NCBI GenBank assembly: GCA_963704165.1
Contig: CAVPHD010000004.1
Coordinates: 352,001-416,000, forward strand
From: an uncultured delta proteobacterium
Lineage (GTDB): Bacteria; Myxococcota_A; UBA9160; SZUA-336
Direction: 5' to 3'
Length of the DNA stretch: 64,000 nucleotides
Shown: positions 48,512-57,290 of the stretch, piece after piece
Numbering within the stretch: the first letter of the stretch is position 1
Layout of the letters: every line of letters starts with the position of its first letter
Program-made: the position numbers and the translations under genes
The notes under the pieces: generated by a model
What the model saw: only the letters and a program-made list of their open reading frames with translations
Database searches by the model: none
Told to the model about the DNA's origin: nothing

Positions 48512-50675
48512 ATCGGAGCCCACCCGAGAAGGCGTAGATGAACTCATCGCCGCCGGTCGCGTCGAACGAGCGGCTCGTCCATTCCAATCCCGCATCTCCG
48601 AAGAGCGTCAGCTTCCAGATGCGGTACTCGACACCGAGGTACGGCCGGAGGGTGAGCGATCCGTTCCGCGCACGCGAAGCGGCCGCGGCCGCGGTCGGAT
48701 CCTCTGCGGTCTCGTCGGGATCGGGAATGAACTCGTCGCGCCCGCGGCGATTTCGCCAATCGAGGCGGATGCGCGGCAGGACGCGGAGCTTCGGCGTGAT
48801 CGGGTAGCGCTCGTTGATGATCAACGACCAGGTGTTCGAGACGTCGCCGTCGAAGTAGCGCACACCGATCGTGCCGACGTCACCGTTCGTGAAGAGATTC
48901 GAGACGACGAGCTGCGGGTAGTAGGAGAACTCCCAACCCGTGCTCTCCATCGCGTCGACGCCGCCAGATGCGGGAGTGTCGGACAGGTACGAAGCCGAGA
49001 CGTCGAGCGCGATCTGCACCCGATCGCTCAGCTGGTGAGATGCCCCGAGGCTCGTCAGCGCGGAGCGCGGCGTGCGATCCTTCGCGAGCTGCTTGATCTC
49101 GCTCCGTGAGTACAGCTCGTGCAGATCCTCGAGGCGATCGACGCCCTGGCCTTGAATCGCGTTCCAGCTGGTCAGGATCGGGCTGTTCCGATAGTCGACG
49201 AACAGGGTCGCGCTGGTCGTGGGACCGAGCTGCCAGTTCCCGCTCAGGAGGGCGGTGTTGAGATCGCCGAAGTAGAGGTCGTAGTCGACGTAGCTCGCCA
49301 CGAAGAGATCGTCGTCGGCATAGCGAAGCTCTCCGCCGATGCCGTTCCGGTCGAGCATTCCGTCGGCGTGCTGTCGAAGCGAGAAGATCTGCACATCGAC
49401 GAGCCCGCCAAGGTCTTCGGCGTCGAGGCTCAGGCCGTACAGGAATCGGCCCGTTTCGATCGAGTCGGAGTTCTGGATCTCGACCGGGGAGCCGCCGCGA
49501 ACCGTGACGCGCCACTGCTCGGCGAGCCGACGACTGAGGCGAACGCCGTCGAAGCGCGTCGTGACCCCGGCCGTGTTTCCCGGCTGCCGTCCGAACGTCG
49601 CGGAGTACGGTCCCGTGCGCTGCGCGACGTCGAGGAAGAGCGCGCTGACCCGCGTGTCGTTGTGGTCCATTCCTTCGGCGAAGTCGAAGCGGTACGACGC
49701 CGAGGCCAGGCCTCGCCACGCGAACTTGTCTCCGCGAGCGCGAGTCGAGACGCTGAGATCCGAGAACAGCGATGAATCGGTGAGGAGCGCGCCGGTTGCA
49801 TCGCTGTCCAGGGTTTCGTGCCGGTATTGCGTCGATGCGCTGCCGAAGAGCTCGAGCTCACTCGGGCGCGTCGCGGCCATCGTTCCGGTACCCGACCGCC
49901 CCGAGGGCTTCGCGCCTGCGGTCAGAAGCGCGTCCAGCCGCTGGCGGACTCGCGCGGATCCCTCGCCATCCGGATACCACTTCAGGTACTCCTCGTACTC
50001 GGCCTTCGCGTGTGCGAGCTGACCACGGCGCTCGCGCGCGACGCCGAGCAGCTCCTTCGCCTCGCGCGAATTCACGTGCTCGGGAAGAGTGACGATCTTC
50101 GTGAAGACACGGATCGCCTGGTCGAAATCGCCGGCCGTCATGGCGTTTCGCCCGGACGCCATGAGCTCGTGGCTGCGCAGGAGCGGGTCGCTGGATTCGG
50201 GTCGCGAGGCGGCGCCGCGACCCTCTCGAGCCCGCACCGAGACGACGAGGCTCCGGAAGTCTCCACCCTGCCTGACCTCGAAGCTGACGCCGCGAGAGAA
50301 GCGAAGGACCAGGTAGCGCCCGTCGGGTCGCCCGCCCTCGTAGCTGACGTCGAGAAGGGGAACCGGGGAGTCGGGCGGCGCGGAGAGGGTCTCGGTGCCG
50401 GCGAGCAAGGAGACGGTGCGCGGGGCCAGAGAGATCGGGTCGATCTGGATCTGCAGCGTTTCGCCGCTCGCCGCGGGGGCGTGGCGGAGATAGCGAACCG
50501 GCGTCATGAAGCGAACGACCACGTCGATCGTTCCGCCGTGCTCGCGCATCTCGATCGCCTCGAGGACGCGTTGCGGCGTCGGCGCCGCTCGCGCTCGCCC
50601 CGGCGCGAGGAGTGCCAGCAAGAGCCAGGCGAGCATCGGGACGATTGTGCCGGGCCGCCCCGGCGTCGGAATCAC
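48501..50675 (-). CDS. Putative outer-membrane beta-barrel (porin) with N-terminal AMIN-like and TPR regions
   Basis: Signal peptide, TPR (AKAEYEEYLKWYPDG), about 450 aa of amphipathic beta-strand pattern, C-terminal BAM-type signal GGLRYDF. Confidence 0.75.
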   Translation of the reverse strand: MIPTPGRPGTIVPMLAWLLLALLAPGRARAAPTPQRVLEAIEMREHGGTIDVVVRFMTPVRYLRHAPAASGETLQIQIDPISLAPRTVSLLAGTETLSAPPDSPVPLLDVSYEGGRPDGRYLVLRFSRGVSFEVRQGGDFRSLVVSVRAREGRGAASRPESSDPLLRSHELMASGRNAMTAGDFDQAIRVFTKIVTLPEHVNSREAKELLGVARERRGQLAHAKAEYEEYLKWYPDGEGSARVRQRLDALLTAGAKPSGRSGTGTMAATRPSELELFGSASTQYRHETLDSDATGALLTDSSLFSDLSVSTRARGDKFAWRGLASASYRFDFAEGMDHNDTRVSALFLDVAQRTGPYSATFGRQPGNTAGVTTRFDGVRLSRRLAEQWRVTVRGGSPVEIQNSDSIETGRFLYGLSLDAEDLGGLVDVQIFSLRQHADGMLDRNGIGGELRYADDDLFVASYVDYDLYFGDLNTALLSGNWQLGPTTSATLFVDYRNSPILTSWNAIQGQGVDRLEDLHELYSRSEIKQLAKDRTPRSALTSLGASHQLSDRVQIALDVSASYLSDTPASGGVDAMESTGWEFSYYPQLVVSNLFTNGDVGTIGVRYFDGDVSNTWSLIINERYPITPKLRVLPRIRLDWRNRRGRDEFIPDPDETAEDPTAAAAASRARNGSLTLRPYLGVEYRIWKLTLFGDAGLEWTSRSFDATGGDEFIYAFSGGLRYDF

Positions 50676-52303
50676 CAGTCACCTCTGGACGCGCGGTGTT
50701 CCCCACTTCGCGACTCCTGGATCCGGGTCAGGGAACTGTCGGTGTAGGTGTGGCAGCTTCCCGTGCAGTCGCGGAGCTCGCTGACCGTGTAGAGCACTCG
50801 AGGCGTATCGACCTTCTCGTGCTTGTCGGCTCTGAAGTCCGTGGCGTGGCAGCCCGCGCAGTCGGGCCGGTAGCTCGCGTTCCGCCAGGCATTCGCCTGC
50901 GTGTTGCCAATGTGACAATCGCTGCAGTCGCCCACCGAGCGGTGACCGACGGGGTAGTTCGGTGAGCTGTGGCTGAACGTGGAAGGCGTCCAACGCGTGG
51001 TGGAGTGGCAATCCACGCAATCGAGTGACGTCACGAAATGATTCGACGGCTTTCCTGTCGCGCTACTCCCGTTGTGACAGGTCCCGCAGTTCCCGGTGAC
51101 GCTGGCGTGGTCGAAGCGCGCGGGGAGCCAGGCCAGCGTCGAGTGGCAGTCCTCACAGGTGTTCGCGCTGGCGACGTGATTCGCCGACTTGCCCGTCGCG
51201 GTCGTGCCGTTGTGACAGGTGATGCAGTTCCCGGTGACGCTGGCGTGGTCGAAGCGCGCGGGGAGCCAGGCGTTGGTGGTGTGGCAGTCCTCGCAGGCAT
51301 TCGAGCTCTGGATGTGGTTCGAGTTCTTGCCGGTGGCGGTCGTGCCGTTGTGACAGGTGGAGCAGGCGCCGGTGACGCTGGCGTGGTCGAAGCGCGCGGG
51401 GAGCCAGGCGTTGGTGGTGTGGCAGTCCTCGCAGGCATTCGAGCTCTGGATGTGGTTCGAGTTCTTGCCGGTGGCGGTCGTGCCGTTGTGACAGGTGGAG
51501 CAGGCGCCGGTGACGCTGGCGTGGTCGAAGCGCGCGGGGAGCCAGGCGGTGGTGGTGTGGCAGTCCTCGCAGGCGTTCGAGCTCTGGATGTGGCGCGAGT
51601 TCTTGCCGGTGGCGGTCGTGCCGTTGTGACAGGTGGAGCAGGCGCCGGTGACGCTGGCGTGGTCGAAGCGCGCGGGGAGCCAGGCGGTGGTGGTGTGGCA
51701 GTCCTCGCAGGCGTTCGAGCTCTGGATGTGGCGCGAGTTCTTGCCGGTGGCGGTCGTGCCGTTGTGACAGGTGGAGCAGGCGCCGGTGACGCTGGCGTGG
51801 TCGAAGCGCGCGGGGAGCCAGGCGTTGGTGGTGTGGCACACATCGCAGTTGTTCGACGACGCCGGGTGATTCGCCGGCTTGCCCATGACGATGGTCCCGT
51901 TGTGGCAACTGGCGCAGCTGGCGGTCGCGTCGAGGTGATCAAATCGTGCGCCGCGCCAGGTCGCGACGGAGTGACATTCCTCGCAGGGTGCCGAGGTGCT
52001 GATGTGCCTCACCGGCTTGGCGGTCAGCGCTCGGGATCCCGCGCCTCCGTGGCACGCGGCGCACTTCGTCGGTGTTCCCTGGAACGCTCCCGCGATGTGG
52101 CACGCCTCGCAGGCGACGTCGGCGTGGGCTCCATTCAACGGAAAGCCGGTGCGCATGTGGTCGAACTCGAGCGGCGCCTCGGCCCTGGGTGCCGCCGCTG
52201 CCGAAAAGATCAGCGCCACCGAAACTCCGCCGATCGCGAGCCAGGTTCCGACTCGAGCTGCAGGTTCCAGATGGAGCAGGGGCGAACGGCTACCGCGCGG
52301 CAT
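50672..52303 (-). CDS. Multiheme cytochrome c with 19 CxxCH plus one CxxxCH and 46-aa diheme tandem repeats, probably extracellular
   Basis: Hand count of motifs. Thr/Ser/Asn-rich. Hydrophobic N-terminal signal. Start is uncertain (ORF open to 52408). Confidence 0.93.
   Translation of the reverse strand: MPRGSRSPLLHLEPAARVGTWLAIGGVSVALIFSAAAAPRAEAPLEFDHMRTGFPLNGAHADVACEACHIAGAFQGTPTKCAACHGGAGSRALTAKPVRHISTSAPCEECHSVATWRGARFDHLDATASCASCHNGTIVMGKPANHPASSNNCDVCHTTNAWLPARFDHASVTGACSTCHNGTTATGKNSRHIQSSNACEDCHTTTAWLPARFDHASVTGACSTCHNGTTATGKNSRHIQSSNACEDCHTTTAWLPARFDHASVTGACSTCHNGTTATGKNSNHIQSSNACEDCHTTNAWLPARFDHASVTGACSTCHNGTTATGKNSNHIQSSNACEDCHTTNAWLPARFDHASVTGNCITCHNGTTATGKSANHVASANTCEDCHSTLAWLPARFDHASVTGNCGTCHNGSSATGKPSNHFVTSLDCVDCHSTTRWTPSTFSHSSPNYPVGHRSVGDCSDCHIGNTQANAWRNASYRPDCAGCHATDFRADKHEKVDTPRVLYTVSELRDCTGSCHTYTDSSLTRIQESRSGEHRASRGDW
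51070..51836. repeat. 138-bp tandem repeat, six copies of the core and four near-identical full units
   Basis: tcgaagcgcgcggggagccagg recurs at 51111, 51249, 51387, 51525, 51663 and 51801, an exact 138-bp spacing. Confidence 0.97.
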
Positions 52304-52406
52304 CGCCTCAAGATCGACATCTGCGTACGCGCTGACTGTGAGCTGGATTACATCGCTGCGGCTCCGGCTCGCTCGCGGATGGTCGCGCGACGGGTACTCT
52401 AGGGCC

Positions 52407-53750
52407 ATGGGGGGTGTGGCCGACCGTCACCCGCGCGACCGCCTGCGCCGGGAGCTCGGACTTCGCGACGCGACGCTACTCTGTGTAGCTTCGGTGATCG
52501 GATCGGGGATCTTCCTGACGCCGGGTGCGATCGCGGAGCGGCTCCCGTACCCGGGTTTGATCCTTGCGGTCTGGGTCGCGGGCGGAATGCTCTCTCTCGC
52601 CGGGGCGCTCGCGAACGCGGAGCTCGGCGCGATGTACCCGCACGCGGGCGGCGACTACGTGTACCTGCGCGAGGCGTTCTCGGGCTTCGCGGGCTTCCTG
52701 ATGGGCTGGGTCTCGTTCTTCGCGATCTTCACGGGAACGGTCGCGACGCTCGCGGCCGGATTCGCCGAGGCGCTCGATCCGATGCTCGACCTCGGCGAGG
52801 GCGGCAAGCTCGGGGTCGCGCTCGCCGTCACCCTCGCCGCGAGCTGGCTCAACGTGATCGGCGTGCGAGACAGCGCGCGATTCAACAACGCGACGGCGCT
52901 GCTCAAGATCGGCGCGCTCGCCGCGCTGGTCCTGCTCGCGCCGTGCTCGAATGCCGGTGACGTCGCGAACCTGCGTCCGCTGATCTCGACGGCGGACGGC
53001 TTTCCGTTCGCGTCGTTCGGTCTCGCGCTCTCACCGGTCCTGTTCAGCTATCTCGGCTGGAACTCCGCGGTCTACGTCGCGAGCGAGATCCGCGACCCGC
53101 AGCGCAACATCCCGCGCTCGCTCTTTCTCGGGCTCGGGATCTGCATCGTGATCTACCTGCTCGTGAATGTGGTCTACCTGTACGCGATCCCGGCCACGGA
53201 GATGCGCGGCCTCGGCAACGCGGGCGAGGCGGCGGCCGACGCGCTCTTCGGTCCGGTGAGCGGGCGGATCCTCGCGTTCTTCGTGCTCGGATCGATTCTC
53301 GGCACGCTGAACGCGACGATCCTCGTCGGACCTCGGATCGCCTATGCCATGGCGCTCGACGAGCGCTTCTTCGCCCGCGTCGATCGCGTGCACGCGCTCT
53401 ACCAGACACCGCACGTGGCGATCTGGGTGCAGGCCGGCGTGGCGAGCGCGCTGCTGCTCGTGCTGCGGAGCTTCCCCAGCGTGCTCGACTTCACCACCTT
53501 CGCAATCGTGCTCGCGACGATCGCCGACACGCTCGCGCTCTACACACTTCGGCGTCGACGGCCGGAGCTGCCCCGTCCCTACCGAGTCTGGGGCTACCCG
53601 TGGGTTCCCGCCGCGTATCTGGTCGCCAACGCGCTCGTCGCGTTCGCGATGCTGCGCGGGAACCCGCTCGAGTCGCTGGCCTGCGTCTTCGTGATCGCGA
53701 GCGGCGTGCCGTTCTACGTGGCCTTCTCGCGACGCACGCGCAGGGCGTAG
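52407..53750 (+). CDS. APC-family amino acid permease
   Basis: VIGSGIFLTPG, AELGAMYPHAGGDYVYL, FSYLGWN, RPYRVWGYP, about 12 TM segments. Confidence 0.93.
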   Translation: MGGVADRHPRDRLRRELGLRDATLLCVASVIGSGIFLTPGAIAERLPYPGLILAVWVAGGMLSLAGALANAELGAMYPHAGGDYVYLREAFSGFAGFLMGWVSFFAIFTGTVATLAAGFAEALDPMLDLGEGGKLGVALAVTLAASWLNVIGVRDSARFNNATALLKIGALAALVLLAPCSNAGDVANLRPLISTADGFPFASFGLALSPVLFSYLGWNSAVYVASEIRDPQRNIPRSLFLGLGICIVIYLLVNVVYLYAIPATEMRGLGNAGEAAADALFGPVSGRILAFFVLGSILGTLNATILVGPRIAYAMALDERFFARVDRVHALYQTPHVAIWVQAGVASALLLVLRSFPSVLDFTTFAIVLATIADTLALYTLRRRRPELPRPYRVWGYPWVPAAYLVANALVAFAMLRGNPLESLACVFVIASGVPFYVAFSRRTRRA

Positions 53751-53783
53751 ACTCGAGCGATCATCCGGGAGGGAGATCGAGTC

Positions 53784-55538
53784 ATGCCCAAGGTCGACGG
53801 CGGGGAATTGCTGGTGCGCGTGTTCGAGCGCGCGGGGATCGACACGATCTTCACGCTTCACGGTGGCCACCTCGATGCGATCCTGCAGGCCGCGAGCGCG
53901 CGCGGACTGAGGCTGGTTGACACACGGCACGAGCAGGCCGCGGGGCACGCCGCCGACGGGTGGGCGCGCACCACGGGTCGGCCGGGCGTGGCGATCGTGA
54001 CCGCCGGACCGGGGTTCACCGACTGCGTGACCGCGATCGCGAACGCGTACCTCGACTGCATACCCACGCTCTTCATCGCGGGCGCCGCGCCTCTTCGCGA
54101 GGCCGAGACGCTGCCGCTGCAGGGCGGCATCGATCAGGTCGCGATGGTCGCTCCGATCACGAAGTGGGCGCATCGGGTCACCCACACCGAACGCATTCCC
54201 GATCTCGCGGCACAGGCGTTGCGGATCGCGACCACCGGTCGGCCGGGCCCGGTCTTTCTCGAGCTGCCGATCGACGTGCTCTTCGCGCGCGTCGATGAAG
54301 AGCGCGCACCGCTGCCCTTGAGCTTCGACGCCGGCGGCGCGCCCGCGCCCGCGCCGTCCGCCGTCGAGCGCGCGCTCGATCTGCTCGAAACCGCGGAGCG
54401 TCCGGCGATTCTCGCGGGCGGCGGTGCCTGGTTCTCCGGCGCCGGCCGCGAGCTCGTCGCATTCGCGGAGCGCATCGGCGCGCCCGTCTTCTCGAACGGG
54501 AAGGCGCACGGGCTGGTGCCCGCGGATCACCCGCTCTGCGGTCGTGGCTTCGCGACGCTGGCGATCGCGGGGCACGCGGGCTCGGCCGCGGCGGACTGCG
54601 TGCTGATCGTCGGCGCGCGCCTCGGTCTGTTCACCGGCGGGCGCGGCGGTCGTCTGATTCCGCCGGGGGCCAAGATCATCCAGATCGACGTCGCGGCCGA
54701 GGAGATCGGCCGCAATCGCGACATCGACCTCGCGATCACCGCGGATTGCCGCGAGGCGCTGCGCGCGCTCGACGAAGCGGCCGCACGTCGGACCTTCCGC
54801 GATCACGGGACCTGGATCCAGACGGTGCAGAGGGTCCGCCACGGGCACCGCTTCATGTTCGGCGAAGCGCTCGCGAGCGAGAAGGCGCCGATCCACCCGT
54901 ATCGGCTGACCAGCGAGATCGCGCGCATGCTGCCGCGCGACGCGATCGTCGTCGCGGATGGTGGTGAGACCGCGTCCTGGATGGACATGGTCGCCGACGT
55001 GCACAGCGGCGGGAGCTGGATGTCGCACGGCTACCTCGGGTGCCTCGGCACCGGCATGCCGTTCGCGATCGCCGCGAAGGTCGCGCACCCGGATCGTCCG
55101 GTGCTGTGCATCGTCGGCGACGGTTCGGTGGGTTTGAACTTCGCCGAGTTCGACACCATGGTGCGTCATGGCTTGCCGATCGTCGTCGTGGTGAACAACG
55201 ACCAGATCTGGGGCATGTCCGCGCACGGCCAGGATCTGATCTACGGCGAGGGACGGCGCGTCGTGACCGAGCTCGGGGCGACGCGCTACGACCTCGCCGC
55301 CGCGGGCTTCGGCTGCCACGCGGAGTACGTCGTCGATCCGGGCGAGATCCGCCCCGCGCTCGAGCGCGCATTCAAGAGCGGCAAGCCGGCCTGCGTGAAC
55401 GTCATGACCGACCCGAAGGTGATCGCGCCGGTCACGATCGCGATGGTCGGCGGCGCGCGCCCGGCCGCGACGGCACCGACGGGCGCCGACGCGAAATCGA
55501 CGATCCAGATCCCCTACTACGAGAATCTCGAGGAGTGA
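53784..55538 (+). CDS. Thiamine-diphosphate-dependent enzyme (benzaldehyde-lyase / acetolactate-synthase-like)
   Basis: DTRHEQAAGHAADG, GDGSVG...NN ThDP motif, LQGGIDQVAMVAPITKWAHRV. Confidence 0.9.
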   Translation: MPKVDGGELLVRVFERAGIDTIFTLHGGHLDAILQAASARGLRLVDTRHEQAAGHAADGWARTTGRPGVAIVTAGPGFTDCVTAIANAYLDCIPTLFIAGAAPLREAETLPLQGGIDQVAMVAPITKWAHRVTHTERIPDLAAQALRIATTGRPGPVFLELPIDVLFARVDEERAPLPLSFDAGGAPAPAPSAVERALDLLETAERPAILAGGGAWFSGAGRELVAFAERIGAPVFSNGKAHGLVPADHPLCGRGFATLAIAGHAGSAAADCVLIVGARLGLFTGGRGGRLIPPGAKIIQIDVAAEEIGRNRDIDLAITADCREALRALDEAAARRTFRDHGTWIQTVQRVRHGHRFMFGEALASEKAPIHPYRLTSEIARMLPRDAIVVADGGETASWMDMVADVHSGGSWMSHGYLGCLGTGMPFAIAAKVAHPDRPVLCIVGDGSVGLNFAEFDTMVRHGLPIVVVVNNDQIWGMSAHGQDLIYGEGRRVVTELGATRYDLAAAGFGCHAEYVVDPGEIRPALERAFKSGKPACVNVMTDPKVIAPVTIAMVGGARPAATAPTGADAKSTIQIPYYENLEE

Positions 55539-55548
55539 GAGGGGTCCG

Positions 55549-57003
55549 CTACTTCCGCCACGTGCCCGGCATCGGCGGCCAGCGTCCGATGCCGCCCTTC
55601 TCGACGAGCATTCCCGTCAGCGTCCGCTCCGCGTGTTCCGAACGCCAGGTGAGCATCGCCTGCGCGTTCGCGAGCAGGAGCGCGGCGTCGGTCACTTCGG
55701 TCCGCCAGGTCGGATCCGCGGCGAGATCGAAGCAGCGCGACGATCCGTCGCCGAACTGAACGTAGGCGAAGCGCTCGCTGCGCAGCACGGCGAGGTGCTG
55801 TCGCTCGAGGCGCCGATCCCAGGGCCAGACATGCGGACCGTTCGGAATGCGCGTGAAGCGCCAGTCGAACTCCCAGTGCGCGGCGTCGCGCCACCAGGGT
55901 GGCGTCTCTCCGCGCAGGAACGGAGTGAGCGGAAGGCCATCGCACTGCGTCGGGACGTCGATTCCCAGCACGTCGCAGAGCGTCGGGAAGACGTCGACGT
56001 TCTCGGTGAACCGGTCCAAAGCCGATCCGTGCGTCGCCGGGTGCCTCGGATCGCGGACGATGCCGAGGATGTGGTACGAGCCTTCGAAGTACCCGGACTT
56101 CCCGATCAGTCCGTGGTCGCCCAGATCCTCGCCGTGGTCCGAGGTCACCAGGATCCACGTGTCGTCCCAGAGCCCGCGTTCCTCGAGCGTCTGCCAGACG
56201 CGGCCGAGCTGGTGATCGACCTCGCTCACCATCCCGAAGTACTGCGCGCGTATGGCGCGGATCGCGTCGTCGCCGCTCGGCGCGGCGGTTTCGGGGTGGC
56301 GCATCAGCCCTTCGTGCAGCGGGTGGCGGCTCGTGGCCGGTGCGAGCGGTGACGGAATCGACGCGGGATCGTAGGCGTGCGCAAAGGGTCCGGCGGCGGC
56401 GTAGGGCGGATGCGGGCGGAAGTAGCTCGCGTGCGCGAACCACGGCCCGCGCTGTCCTTCGATCCACTCGACGAGCCGATCCGTGACGAACGACGATGCG
56501 CTGTGCTCGAGCGGTCGCTCGGATTCGAGCTCGAGCGCAGCGTCGGCGTCGGCGGGTCGCGGGTAGCCGAGCCTCTCCAGCCATTCGATCCACGCCCGGT
56601 GATCACCGTTCAGATCCAGCCCGACGTCGAAGCCGGGCAGCACGCCCTCGTAGCTCGACAGACGCGGGTCGTCCGGACCGGTCGATTCGCGCGGGTCGAT
56701 GCTCTGGTCCGTGTAGCCGAAGAGCGTCGGCGCGTAGCCGGCGCGGCGGGCCGCGAGCGCCAGGTTGTCGAATCGCGCGTCGAGCGGCGTACCGTTCGCG
56801 ACCACGCGGTTGTTCAGCTGATACGTTCCGGTGTAGAGGCACGCGCGCCCGGGACTGCACGGCGAGGACTGGCTGTAGTGCCGTGCGAGCCGGACACCCT
56901 GCGAGGCGAGCCGATCGAGGTTCGGCGTGCGCACGACCGGATGCCCCGCGGCGGACAGGCAATCCCCGCGGAACTGGTCGAGCGTGACGAGCAGGACGTT
57001 CAA
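55549..57003 (-). CDS. Sulfatase-family hydrolase (phosphonate monoester hydrolase-like)
   Basis: LVTLDQFRGD, formylglycine motif CSPGRACLYTG, RPHPPY, TSDHGE. TTG start. Confidence 0.9.
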   Translation of the reverse strand: MNVLLVTLDQFRGDCLSAAGHPVVRTPNLDRLASQGVRLARHYSQSSPCSPGRACLYTGTYQLNNRVVANGTPLDARFDNLALAARRAGYAPTLFGYTDQSIDPRESTGPDDPRLSSYEGVLPGFDVGLDLNGDHRAWIEWLERLGYPRPADADAALELESERPLEHSASSFVTDRLVEWIEGQRGPWFAHASYFRPHPPYAAAGPFAHAYDPASIPSPLAPATSRHPLHEGLMRHPETAAPSGDDAIRAIRAQYFGMVSEVDHQLGRVWQTLEERGLWDDTWILVTSDHGEDLGDHGLIGKSGYFEGSYHILGIVRDPRHPATHGSALDRFTENVDVFPTLCDVLGIDVPTQCDGLPLTPFLRGETPPWWRDAAHWEFDWRFTRIPNGPHVWPWDRRLERQHLAVLRSERFAYVQFGDGSSRCFDLAADPTWRTEVTDAALLLANAQAMLTWRSEHAERTLTGMLVEKGGIGRWPPMPGTWRK

Positions 57004-57004
57004 G

Positions 57005-57280
57005 CTATCTCGAGCAGGTGAAGACCGTCGTCATCGGCACGATGATTCCGAACGTCAGGATACCGACCGCGACCCCCCAGAGCGGGACCCACGTCGTGAC
57101 CTGGTGCAGGCCGTTCGGACAGCTTCTCGCGTCGATCTCGGTCGAGGAGCCGATCAGGTGCACCCGGGTGTCGCCGTACGAATCGCCCTTCGGGGTCGGA
57201 GCCTGCACCATCGTGCCGAGACAGCCGGTGAGCGAGGCGACCAAGAGGACTGCGATCACGGTGCGGAACGAGGCTTTCAT
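57005..57280 (-). CDS. Small lipoprotein (Bor/Iss-like)
   Basis: MKASFRTVIAVLLVASLTGC lipobox, GILTFGIIVPMT.VFTC, GGGAG RBS. Confidence 0.7.
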   Translation of the reverse strand: MKASFRTVIAVLLVASLTGCLGTMVQAPTPKGDSYGDTRVHLIGSSTEIDARSCPNGLHQVTTWVPLWGVAVGILTFGIIVPMTTVFTCSR

Positions 57281-57290
57281 GGGACTCCCT

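Noticed and set aside
51070..51836. Tandem repeat considered as a CRISPR array
   Set aside because: The 138-bp units are contiguous, have no unique spacers, stay in frame within a cytochrome gene, and no cas genes are present.
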